The position numbers and the translations under genes are program-made. This document shows positions 10,703 to 19,976 of a stretch of 64,000 bases of DNA, piece after piece. Position 1 is the stretch's first letter, and each line of letters begins with the position of its first letter. Source of the DNA: an uncultured Candidatus Poseidoniales archaeon (GTDB lineage: Archaea; Thermoplasmatota; Poseidoniia; Poseidoniales; Thalassarchaeaceae); contig CAJJBW010000007.1 of the NCBI GenBank assembly GCA_905182515.1, positions 17,025 through 81,024 of the forward strand, written 5' to 3'. The notes under the pieces were generated by a model. The model was not told where the DNA came from, ran no database searches, and worked only from the letters and a program-made list of their open reading frames with translations.

Positions 10703-13700
10703 CTACTCCTCAAAGAGTGCTTCTATGTCTTCATCATTTAACACGTCATTTACCGATAGTTCTTCATTTTGCATATCATTTAATTGAATCGGGTTCTCAC
10801 CACTAAAGTTCTGAGAAATAACGGAATTTTCCGTTATTGGTTTTCTAAACCCTGTAATTATACCTAATTCTTCTTGAAGTTTTACTTCACTATTGTTGCC
10901 CTCTGTTGATTCGAAAAGTGAATCAATATCAGAATCGGCAATCTTTGGAAAGGAAGGTTTGGTTGCCGTATTTTTCATATATCGGGTTGTCAAAACTAAG
11001 GCACTTATTAATATTAAAACTAATAACAATATTGAAGAAGAGTTTTCTTTTACACTAGTTCCTAGGTTAAATGGTGCCTTATCTACATCTACAACCATGG
11101 TTATTGAATTACTCTCTGATTCATCATAAACTGTGAGTTTTACAACTTTTTTACCTTCATTATCATACCTCACTTGTATCCACCTGCCCATCATATCCAC
11201 ATCATTAGAAGGGTTGCCATCTCCATCAGAATCAAATGAAGTATCAGTATCCCAATGATAAAGCATATTTTTGATATCATACTCAGAATCAATAGTTCCA
11301 TTTGCAGATAGTGATATAAATTCTCCTTGTAATGGTTTAATACTATTTATTGATGCTATAGCCGTAGGTCTTATATTTCTTACATCTATACTTATTTCCA
11401 CATAATCCATACTACCATCATCATCAGTTACATGGAATACTATGTAATCTGGGGCTGAATCTGCATCTTCCCACGCGTATGATAAAAAAGTAGAATTAAA
11501 ATTACAGTCATCATTACTATTGCCTATAGCGTCGGAATTGAATAAAGGATCAATATCAAAACATGTCACTAATGACTCAATATCATTTGCAGTATCCAAT
11601 ACACCAATCTCAAAAAATAACTCTTCTCCCTCTTGGACCGGTAACCTAGGACTTATAGATATTATAGAGGGGGCAATATTTTCAATTTCAATAGGTATAA
11701 TCAAAGTATGTTGATTATTATCAAATGTCGCGTATGCTTCATCATTATCTAAGATTTGTAATGTCGCTAATTGGAGGCCAGAAATTCCATAAGTATGATT
11801 TATTTCACCCATTATCCCTTCATTGATGTACTCTAATTCGGGATTATTCTCTGCATCAGGTGCCCAAATATAACGTAAGTTATCGATATCATTTGCCGAA
11901 TCAGTAGCCCATGCTTGCAGAGTTATCAAATCGCCCTCTTTTGCCATATAGACGCCTCTATTATCCGGAATAATTTTATTAGGGCCTGCCCAAACTTCAA
12001 TTTGTGGATCGAAAGGAGCGATATTAGTAACCATGACTGAGAGATTATTATGAGTAATGGCCCCATCATCATCGACTGCTGAAACACCAATAGTCAATTC
12101 CCCCTCTACGGTTGGAGTGATTGTGCACTTAATGCCTATTTGCCCCTCTTGGCAATTAGCATTATCCCACATGATATCCACCGGAGAATTTGGAGATTGA
12201 GTATCTAAATCGATTCTTTCAGTAATCTCAAATGTTACTTGAGAAAATACTTGAATGGTTGAATTATCAGAAATTAATGTTATTTGAGGGGGCCTATTTA
12301 GAACTCTAACTGATGATTGAATTGATGATTGGTCACTTTCTTCATCGATAATAGTCAAGGATATTTCGAATTCTCCATCGTCTTCCCACATCATTTCATA
12401 AATACAATCTTCTTCGAAAAATGTTCCATATATATTTTCTGAAATTTCTATATAAAATTCGCAGATGAATTCCCCTCCATCAGAGTCAATAGAGGAAGTC
12501 CCACTCAATATTGTTTCATCCAATGTCAGAAATTCTAATGAATGATTAAGGATAGCAGTAGGTAACGAACCAACAAAAAGTGAGAACGAACCATAATTAT
12601 TTGATTTATTTCCATCTTCATCAAAATTTTCATCCGGGTCTACTAAGAATTCCAAGTATACAGAACCAAATGATTGAGAAATTGGGACCGTCCAATTTAC
12701 TTCTATTCTCGCTTCTTCCAAGCTTGCCAATGGGATTACAGAAGCAAAAACCCTATTACCATCAGGCGAATCTATTCTTAGTACCGTTGAGGGAGAAGTT
12801 GATAGCCCTTTATTGACAACTGGGATGGAAAAAACTAGCTCATCCTCATGGTTAGCCGTGAAACCTATATTTGGATCTAAAGTTATAGTAACATTGTTTC
12901 TTGTTCGCTGAACTGTGACACCTTCTGTTCTTGTTACTAAGTCTATTTCATGAATATCATAATTTGTACTTACAGAAACTGCCCCCAATATAGGGTTGCT
13001 GCTTTGTAACCAAACAATTATTCCATGGCTTGCTAAATCATCCTGAGAGGAAGAGCCGTCAGATTTATTGCCAGTATTAAATTCCAAATGGTAAGAGCCA
13101 TTATTATCCGTAGTTATGCTCCTAATATCGTCTTCAATTTCATATCTAAATTCAAGATCAGTGGCCGAGGCAAGGGCCCCTTGGTTAGTGACGTTTATCC
13201 ATGCTGAAATATTTGCACCTATAGGTGAAAGAGGGTATTCTATATCTATGCTAATTTCTTCATACCTGGTTGACGGCTGATATGCAGTCAATTCATGTAC
13301 TGCAATGAAGCCTACACTTTGAGTAAAGGATGACTTAATATCTCCTTTTATCGCTGGACAATACCATCTATATCCAGTTTCTTGGCCATCACTATCATAA
13401 GTAGTAATATTATAAGACTGGGTGCAACCAGTATAACTAACTCCAGAGAATCCTTGAGAAACTGTTTCCCATACCGACGAATTGTCATCTTCAGAATCAT
13501 CTGGAATATCAACATAATCACTAGAACCACTGTAAGTTGTTTCTTGATGATAGTTGGAAGTCCAAGATTCTCCAACATTTAAGGGGAAGTCTAGGCCCTC
13601 AAGAGCGGGAGAATACGTATTATTCACAACCAAATCAGCAACATCAACAGATATGCAGGTCCAAAAGAAATCGGCACAGAAATCAATTTCAATTGTGGCC

Positions 13701-14149
13701 TCTTGAGATACGACGGCCATATCGGATGCACGGATTATCTCGATTGTATTCATTTCTACAGAAATGTCTCCTCCTTGACCATCTAATTCTATGTTATCTG
13801 CACCATAAGATCCAATTGATTCAACCTTGTAAGTTATAGAAGATTGATTATCTATATTTGAAAGATATATTTCAGTTACCGTTTGATCTAGTGTCCCGTA
13901 AAGATAGTCCACAGTAGTAGAAATTCCAGATGAACTTATGAAACTCCTTACATCTAGATAACCGGAATACATCCAATTATCATTTATTTGCCAAGTTTCA
14001 ACATCAATTAGTCCCGAATGGGAAAATGTTTCTACCACGTATATTTTGCCTTCGTCTAATTCTTGATCATCAGTAATAATAAAAGTCTGAAAGACTTGCA
14101 AAAACATAATCAAAGAAAACAATATTGCAATACGACTAGTACATCTCAT
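10703..14149 (-). CDS. giant type-I membrane-anchored surface protein with tandem Ig/PKD/cadherin-like domains
   Basis: 1148 aa with an N-terminal signal peptide and a D/E/S/T/N-rich ectodomain. Domain-start motifs recur (NRPPQITLIS, NIAPFDPQIEV, NIAPSIISISP, NIRPTAIASIN), along with DDDG motifs. One C-terminal TM (ILLLVLILISALVLTT) is followed by an acidic cytoplasmic tail. Confidence 0.7.
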   Translation of the reverse strand: MRCTSRIAILFSLIMFLQVFQTFIITDDQELDEGKIYVVETFSHSGLIDVETWQINDNWMYSGYLDVRSFISSSGISTTVDYLYGTLDQTVTEIYLSNIDNQSSITYKVESIGSYGADNIELDGQGGDISVEMNTIEIIRASDMAVVSQEATIEIDFCADFFWTCISVDVADLVVNNTYSPALEGLDFPLNVGESWTSNYHQETTYSGSSDYVDIPDDSEDDNSSVWETVSQGFSGVSYTGCTQSYNITTYDSDGQETGYRWYCPAIKGDIKSSFTQSVGFIAVHELTAYQPSTRYEEISIDIEYPLSPIGANISAWINVTNQGALASATDLEFRYEIEDDIRSITTDNNGSYHLEFNTGNKSDGSSSQDDLASHGIIVWLQSSNPILGAVSVSTNYDIHEIDLVTRTEGVTVQRTRNNVTITLDPNIGFTANHEDELVFSIPVVNKGLSTSPSTVLRIDSPDGNRVFASVIPLASLEEARIEVNWTVPISQSFGSVYLEFLVDPDENFDEDGNKSNNYGSFSLFVGSLPTAILNHSLEFLTLDETILSGTSSIDSDGGEFICEFYIEISENIYGTFFEEDCIYEMMWEDDGEFEISLTIIDEESDQSSIQSSVRVLNRPPQITLISDNSTIQVFSQVTFEITERIDLDTQSPNSPVDIMWDNANCQEGQIGIKCTITPTVEGELTIGVSAVDDDGAITHNNLSVMVTNIAPFDPQIEVWAGPNKIIPDNRGVYMAKEGDLITLQAWATDSANDIDNLRYIWAPDAENNPELEYINEGIMGEINHTYGISGLQLATLQILDNDEAYATFDNNQHTLIIPIEIENIAPSIISISPRLPVQEGEELFFEIGVLDTANDIESLVTCFDIDPLFNSDAIGNSNDDCNFNSTFLSYAWEDADSAPDYIVFHVTDDDGSMDYVEISIDVRNIRPTAIASINSIKPLQGEFISLSANGTIDSEYDIKNMLYHWDTDTSFDSDGDGNPSNDVDMMGRWIQVRYDNEGKKVVKLTVYDESESNSITMVVDVDKAPFNLGTSVKENSSSILLLVLILISALVLTTRYMKNTATKPSFPKIADSDIDSLFESTEGNNSEVKLQEELGIITGFRKPITENSVISQNFSGENPIQLNDMQNEELSVNDVLNDEDIEALFEE

Positions 14150-14187
14150 GCCCTCAACTAGAGGTCATGATGAATAAAACTTGGTTT

Positions 14188-14910
14188 CTAAGAATATAGT
14201 AAATCGGCTAATTCATCTTGGATGAATTGTACAGCTTCTAATATCTCATCTTTGTGTCTTGCACCAGTTATTACCATCTTTCCACTACCAAATATTAAGC
14301 ATACTACTTTAGGATAGTCTAATCGGTAAATCAATCCAGGGAACTGTTCTGGCTCATATTCCACTTTATCAAAAGGTAGATGGAAAGTCAGATTATTTAG
14401 ATTTAGTTTTCTAGGTAATGCAGCTAATGGTTCACCTGCTTTAACTCCCCTAATTCTAGGATCTTCTTCTTTTGTTTCTTTGTCAGTAGCGGCCCTAAGT
14501 GAACCATCTTCTTCCTCAATTATCTTACAATTGATATCATCCCTTTCAGCTAATTGATCATAGTCTTCTGGGTAGTATAATGAGTATGTTGCAACCATAT
14601 TTTGGACTTCGATTTCAACATCTTTTAAATCCCACGTCTCTATTCCTGCAGCTCTCAAATCCTCAGTCATTCTTTTGATTCCAGTGTGGATATTATCCTC
14701 ATTTTTCCCACCCGTACATACTGCTCTACCTGAACGGAACATAAGTATAGCAAGTTTTGGATCAACCACTCTGTAAACTACTCCAGGGAATTGTTCGGGC
14801 TCGTATTCACAATTCAATTGGATGGCGATATCTGGTAGGTCTAACTCTTCGGCGACTCTTGTCGATGCAACTACATTTACAACAGTCAAGCGTTCTTCGT
14901 CACTAAGCAT
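14188..14910 (-). CDS. tbp: TATA-box binding protein with an insertion in repeat 2
   Basis: Two TBP repeats, each with EYEPEQFPG and F/GxSGKxVxTGA motifs. Repeat 2 carries a ~55-aa charged insertion after its first strand. Confidence 0.9.
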   Translation of the reverse strand: MLSDEERLTVVNVVASTRVAEELDLPDIAIQLNCEYEPEQFPGVVYRVVDPKLAILMFRSGRAVCTGGKNEDNIHTGIKRMTEDLRAAGIETWDLKDVEIEVQNMVATYSLYYPEDYDQLAERDDINCKIIEEEDGSLRAATDKETKEEDPRIRGVKAGEPLAALPRKLNLNNLTFHLPFDKVEYEPEQFPGLIYRLDYPKVVCLIFGSGKMVITGARHKDEILEAVQFIQDELADLLYS

Positions 14911-14988
14911 ACAAGTGCCAGCATAATGTTACTTATAAAGGATATTTAAAAAAAATCAAATGCACTAAAGAGATTTAATTTGGAAGGA

Positions 14989-15960
14989 CTATACAATCCT
15001 TACGCCATTTGAACCTAATTTAGAAATTAATGGCGAGCCGCCAGCGATTTCAATTTCTTCTGCTACTCTTTGAGGATTTCTTGACAAGGCTACTATGCAT
15101 CCTCCTCCTCCGGCGCCAGTCATTTTAGCACCTAATGAATATGGCCTTACAGCATCCACTAGTCGATCCAGTGAGTGTGTACTGACCTCTAAATCTTGGA
15201 GTTTACTATGGCATGCATTCATGGCAATGCCTACTGCTTCAAAATTTCCTGCCGAGAGAGCAGATAATCCTGCCAAGGTGATTTTCGAAATCGAATCCAT
15301 AACGTTTATTTTATCAGGATTGGATTTTAATAAATTTGCAACGCCTTGCACCATATTACCCGTTGGAGAAGCATCCCCCGTAAATCCTAAAATAAGGTAA
15401 ATATCTTCTGATTCTGGAGGAATTATTACCTTGTTGATTACCCAATTACGTTCACCTTCTGGAGTATCTAAACTGGTTTTAAAAACATTAATTGTGCCCT
15501 CTACTTCTTTTCCTGAGACTACAATACACCCTCCGAGTGCACTTGCTGCCGTATCAGTTGGACTAGCCCTACCTCCTTGTGCTATTGCTTCTGCAGAATG
15601 TGCAATTTTAGCCAATTTTATGAGATTTAAGTCTTCATCTTTGTTCAAAAAATAATGTAAAGCAGCCCCCATTGCATTCGATAATGCTGCAGAAGAGCCG
15701 AGTCCCGCTGCCGAGAACAAGTCACTTTTAATTTCGATATTCAAAGGACTTCCTTTATATTTAAATAAGTCATTAATTATATGAGAAATATGAGGATGCC
15801 GAGAATGACTAAATGAGTGCCCATCTATCGTCCAATTCTTGGAATTTGTCAAAGAAACTTGAACTCCCTGATCGATGGCAACTGCAACTGCAGGGTGCCC
15901 ATAAACAACAGCATGTTCTCCAAAGAGGATACATTTTCCTGGTGCAAAGGCAGTCGCCAT
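14989..15960 (-). CDS. mvk: mevalonate kinase
   Basis: PGKCILFGEHAVVYG GHMP-kinase N-terminal motif and GLGSSAA ATP-binding motif. Start moved to MATAFAPGK, since the ORF-track start at 16035 would leave only 5 bp to the divergent gene. Confidence 0.88.
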   Translation of the reverse strand: MATAFAPGKCILFGEHAVVYGHPAVAVAIDQGVQVSLTNSKNWTIDGHSFSHSRHPHISHIINDLFKYKGSPLNIEIKSDLFSAAGLGSSAALSNAMGAALHYFLNKDEDLNLIKLAKIAHSAEAIAQGGRASPTDTAASALGGCIVVSGKEVEGTINVFKTSLDTPEGERNWVINKVIIPPESEDIYLILGFTGDASPTGNMVQGVANLLKSNPDKINVMDSISKITLAGLSALSAGNFEAVGIAMNACHSKLQDLEVSTHSLDRLVDAVRPYSLGAKMTGAGGGGCIVALSRNPQRVAEEIEIAGGSPLISKLGSNGVRIV

Positions 15961-16040
15961 GTTGACGGGAAGAGTGCATAGGAGATTATCATTAGGGAAT
16001 TTGGAGGTAAATATCTTACAAAGCGATTGTTTCAATAGGT

Positions 16041-18089
16041 TTGTCTCCTCGCCTTAAGATTAGAAACATAACTAATACTGGAGGAAAAGATATGGAACAC
16101 CCTCTTCTTATTGATTATGGGCCATTCCCAGGTTGGTTTATACTACTTATTTTAGGCTCAGGGGCTGTTAGTTTTTTCATTTACCAAGTCAGTAAAGCAA
16201 CAAGGCTGGTTTTACTAGGTTCACCAGATGATAGATTCGATTCATGGGGTCTTCGATTTAAGGAATTAATGATTGGTTGGCTAGGGCAGAAAAAAGTTCT
16301 GAGAGACAAGATTGCTGGAACAATGCATGTGTTAATGTTTTGGGGTTTCTTGATGTTAGGTACTGACATGTTTGATTTGGCGACAGCAAATTTTTTCTCA
16401 AATAATATAATTCCAAATTTACTAGTTGGACCTTGGAATGGGATAGTTGAGTTAGGATATACTTCAGCGTTAATCGGAGCGGTTGCGGCACTGACGCGAC
16501 GAGTTGCTTTTACTCCCGAGAAGCTAAAAGGTAAATCCCAAGTAGAAGGGAACTTTATCTTGTTTCTAATATTGACAATAACATCTACTTCATTCATCAT
16601 TGAATCGAAAGAAAATCCACTTGCATGGGAGCCGATTGGAGTTTGGGTGGAAAGTATGCATGTTTCTAATTCTGTAGCAATAGTAGCATATTGGGCCCAT
16701 ATGATAGCCATACTAACATTCTTGATTTTGATACCTATGTCCAAACATATGCACCTAGTAATGGCGTTCCCTAACGTATTCTTTCACGATATTGAGCCAA
16801 TGGGGAAAATGAGGCCATTGGCCCTAACTGAAACTGGAAAGGCGGTATCACTTGAGGACTTGGATATCGAATCATTTGGAGTTAGCTCATATGGGCAATA
16901 TACATGGAGGCAATTAATAGATGGATGGTCTTGTACTTCTTGTGCAAGATGTCAAGATGTTTGTCCAGCATATGCTTCTGGGAAGAGTCTTAATCCAATG
17001 CAAATAATACATGACATAAGAGATTATGCAAATGAGCACGCCCCAATTTTACTCAAAGGCGGTCAGCCGGAAGAAACTATGATGGAACGTATAACAGAAG
17101 ATGCGGTATGGGCATGTACCACTTGTAACGCCTGTGTAGATGTTTGCCCATTATACATAGAACATGTTCCTAAACTTACTGATCTTAGAAGAAATGCCGT
17201 AATGGAGACAATGGAATATCCTGAAGCCCTAAATGTAGCATTTGGAAATCTTGAATCAGCATCAAATCCCTATGGATTTGGAAGTCATGAGAGAGCCGAT
17301 TGGGCCGCGGATTTAGATGTTAAAATAGGGGAACCAGCCGAATACATTTATTTTGTTGGTTGCGCTGCTAGTTTTGATGAACGTAATCAAAAAGTTGCAA
17401 GGGCGACAATATCTTTAATGCTAGAGGCTGGACTTGATGTTGGAATACTAGGTATGCAAGAAGGATGCTCGGGAGACCCTGCAAGACGAGCTGGCAATGA
17501 ATATTTATTCCAGATGTTGGCAGAAACCAATTTAACGACATTTCAAGAATTAGGTGTTGAAAAAATAGTAGCATCATGCCCACATTGTTTCCACACTTTG
17601 GGCAAGGAATATGGCGATTATGGAGGAGATAAATTGGAAGTATTTCACCATACTGAGATAATGGCAAAGCTGCAAGAAGAAAATAAATTACCCGCATTAG
17701 ATAAAAATGGTAAGAGCATAACATACCATGATCCATGTTACTTAGGGCGAATGGGGGATATAGTGGACGAACCAAGATCAGTCCTTGGAGGTGTAGATGT
17801 AGAAGTTGAAAGGCACGGTAAAGATTCATTTTGTTGTGGCGCAGGTGGTGCCCAAATGTGGATGGAAGAAGATGCCGATAAACGAGTAAACAAAATTAGG
17901 GCTGAAGAAATTGCTGCAACTGGATGCGATACAGTTGCCATAGGTTGCCCATTTTGTTCAATAATGGTAAAAGATGGTTTAGATTCTGTTGGTTCAGAGA
18001 TGGATGTAAAAGATGTTGCAGAGTTACTTTGGGAACAAATAGTAGCCAAGGATGAAGAAATTCAATCATCAAAAAGCTCAAATTCATAA
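16041..18089 (+). CDS. membrane-bound Fe-S oxidoreductase, fused NarI/HdrE-like membrane domain + HdrD-like CCG-domain subunit
   Basis: N-terminal ~230 aa with 5-6 TM helices and conserved His residues. Two ferredoxin-type CxxCxxCxxxCP motifs (CTSCARCQDVCP, CTTCNACVDVCP). Two CCG-type domains (CPHCFHTLG; SFCCGAGG ... CPFCS). Confidence 0.75.
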   Translation: MSPRLKIRNITNTGGKDMEHPLLIDYGPFPGWFILLILGSGAVSFFIYQVSKATRLVLLGSPDDRFDSWGLRFKELMIGWLGQKKVLRDKIAGTMHVLMFWGFLMLGTDMFDLATANFFSNNIIPNLLVGPWNGIVELGYTSALIGAVAALTRRVAFTPEKLKGKSQVEGNFILFLILTITSTSFIIESKENPLAWEPIGVWVESMHVSNSVAIVAYWAHMIAILTFLILIPMSKHMHLVMAFPNVFFHDIEPMGKMRPLALTETGKAVSLEDLDIESFGVSSYGQYTWRQLIDGWSCTSCARCQDVCPAYASGKSLNPMQIIHDIRDYANEHAPILLKGGQPEETMMERITEDAVWACTTCNACVDVCPLYIEHVPKLTDLRRNAVMETMEYPEALNVAFGNLESASNPYGFGSHERADWAADLDVKIGEPAEYIYFVGCAASFDERNQKVARATISLMLEAGLDVGILGMQEGCSGDPARRAGNEYLFQMLAETNLTTFQELGVEKIVASCPHCFHTLGKEYGDYGGDKLEVFHHTEIMAKLQEENKLPALDKNGKSITYHDPCYLGRMGDIVDEPRSVLGGVDVEVERHGKDSFCCGAGGAQMWMEEDADKRVNKIRAEEIAATGCDTVAIGCPFCSIMVKDGLDSVGSEMDVKDVAELLWEQIVAKDEEIQSSKSSNS

Positions 18090-18120
18090 GCGAGACCATA
18101 ATATACCTTCTACTGGTAGG

Positions 18121-18519
18121 ATGAATATGGATAATGAGTTTACATTCATTGGCTTAAAGATACCAAGAATTGCCATAATAGGAGGAAGCTTACTAATCGC
18201 ATGGGGGATACTAGCATTCTTCATGCAAAGCTCTGATTCAAGATCTGTTACCGCCATGATACCTTCTTTCTTAGGAATGCCATTGTTTATTTTAGGATTA
18301 TTATCCGAAAAAGATATATCTCGTAAGCATCATTACATTCACGCATCTATGGCATTTTCCCTCTTGATGGTGCTAGGTGGAATGCGTATAATTTCTATCG
18401 AAGATCCATCAAAGTTGTTAATATCATCTCATTTAATATTAATTTCAGTTGGTTCATTATTTATGTTTGCAGGAATAAAATCTTTCAGACATAATAGATT
18501 ACTGAGAGAGCAGGAGTAG
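18121..18519 (+). CDS. small 4-TM membrane protein
   Basis: Hydrophobic ORF downstream of the Hdr-like gene. The ORF-track start at 18052 overlaps the upstream gene, and the internal ATG 18121 follows a GGTAGG RBS-like sequence. Confidence 0.4.
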   Translation: MNMDNEFTFIGLKIPRIAIIGGSLLIAWGILAFFMQSSDSRSVTAMIPSFLGMPLFILGLLSEKDISRKHHYIHASMAFSLLMVLGGMRIISIEDPSKLLISSHLILISVGSLFMFAGIKSFRHNRLLREQE

Positions 18520-18526
18520 ATTTCGA

Positions 18527-19213
18527 TTGAAGCCGATAATAGGCATCACTGCTTCAATAAATATTATTGATTATGAAACAGAAAATCAATCGGTGATTAT
18601 GTCTCCAGCAACTTATTTAGATGCTGTAAAAAAATCGGGAGGAGTGGGAATTATAATTTCCGAAGGAGAATATACTGAAGAATTATTAGGAATTTTAGAT
18701 GGATTAATTATTGCCGGAGGAAGAGACATTAGCCCGACATTATATGGGGAAGAAAATCATGAGCAAACAAAGGATATTGAAATTTCCCAAGATGAATGGG
18801 AAATGTTACTTATCAAAGGAGCAATCAAGAGAGACTTGCCTCTTTTGTGTATATGCAGAGGTCATCAATTACTATGCATCACAAGAGGAGGGACTTTGCA
18901 CCAACACCTTCCGGAAACTGAAGGATATGAAAATCATGGAGAGTCAAATGGTAAATGGTCAGAACATGAAGTAATATTAGAGTCAAATTCGCAAATATCC
19001 AATATCCTAGGAAGTAAAATCATGGTTAATTCTGGCCACCATCAAGGAGTTTGTAATCCTGGAGATTTGACAGTCGTAGGGAGAACTAATGATGGATTAA
19101 TTGAAGCATTAGAATTAGAAAGTCAAACATTTCTCATTTCTACTCAATGGCATCCAGAAATGATTAACCAATATACTATATTCGATTCTTTAATTAATTC
19201 AGCAAGAAGTTAA
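18527..19213 (+). CDS. gamma-glutamyl hydrolase-type class I glutamine amidotransferase (peptidase C26 / PuuD-like)
   Basis: IIGIT N-terminus, LCICRGHQLL catalytic Cys-His, HHQG and WHPE motifs. Confidence 0.8.
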   Translation: MKPIIGITASINIIDYETENQSVIMSPATYLDAVKKSGGVGIIISEGEYTEELLGILDGLIIAGGRDISPTLYGEENHEQTKDIEISQDEWEMLLIKGAIKRDLPLLCICRGHQLLCITRGGTLHQHLPETEGYENHGESNGKWSEHEVILESNSQISNILGSKIMVNSGHHQGVCNPGDLTVVGRTNDGLIEALELESQTFLISTQWHPEMINQYTIFDSLINSARS

Positions 19214-19230
19214 AAAAAGATATATGAGAG

Positions 19231-19959
19231 GTGAATGATATGTCTGCCGATAATGACCGACCAATAATCGGGATAACTTGTTGTATAAGAGAGTCGAGTT
19301 TTGCAAAATGGAAAATGGATGCGGCCATATTACCTTCAACATATACTTCAGCAATAGAAAAAGCAGGTGGAATTCCACTCCTATTACCTCCTTCTAATTA
19401 TTCAAGTTCTATGCTAAGCATAATTAGTGGATTAGTTATAGCTGGAGGGCCCGATATTAATTCTGAAAAGTATGGCCAACAACCAGATCCCACTGCAAGT
19501 GAATATTATCCGCTACAAGATGAGTCAGAAATATCATTAATAAAAGGAGCATTGGAAATGGACATGCCTCTACTTTGTATATGTAGAGGAATGCAACTTT
19601 TATCAATTATTCATGGGGGTCATTTACATCAGCATTTAGATACAACACCTGGCTATGAAAATCATGGTGCTTATGATGGTAAATTTAGTGAACATGAGGT
19701 AATTACTGAAAAGGGTTCTAAGATATCGTCATTAATGGGTGAAAATATCATAGTAAATTCAACTCATCACCAAGGAGTAGCAAATGCAGGGACGCTAATT
19801 CCAGTTGGACATGCAAAACAAGATGGTTTAATCGAAGCTGTTGAAAGACAGGATCTAAAATTCTGTATTGGTGTTCAATGGCATCCAGAAAGAATGAATG
19901 GAGAGCATGAGGTGTTATATTCAGAATTAGTTAAATCGGCTAAAAAGTGGCGTAAATAA
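19231..19959 (+). CDS. gamma-glutamyl hydrolase-type class I glutamine amidotransferase (peptidase C26), tandem paralogue
   Basis: Same motif set (IIGITC, LCICRGMQLL, HHQGV, WHPE) as the upstream gene; tandem duplication. Confidence 0.8.
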   Translation: MNDMSADNDRPIIGITCCIRESSFAKWKMDAAILPSTYTSAIEKAGGIPLLLPPSNYSSSMLSIISGLVIAGGPDINSEKYGQQPDPTASEYYPLQDESEISLIKGALEMDMPLLCICRGMQLLSIIHGGHLHQHLDTTPGYENHGAYDGKFSEHEVITEKGSKISSLMGENIIVNSTHHQGVANAGTLIPVGHAKQDGLIEAVERQDLKFCIGVQWHPERMNGEHEVLYSELVKSAKKWRK

Positions 19960-19976
19960 CCTAGGAAGCATAATTT

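Noticed and set aside
16181-16744. 187-aa minus-strand ORF inside the Hdr-like gene
   Set aside because: It is antisense to a motif-rich, continuous 682-aa Fe-S oxidoreductase gene and has no supporting signals.
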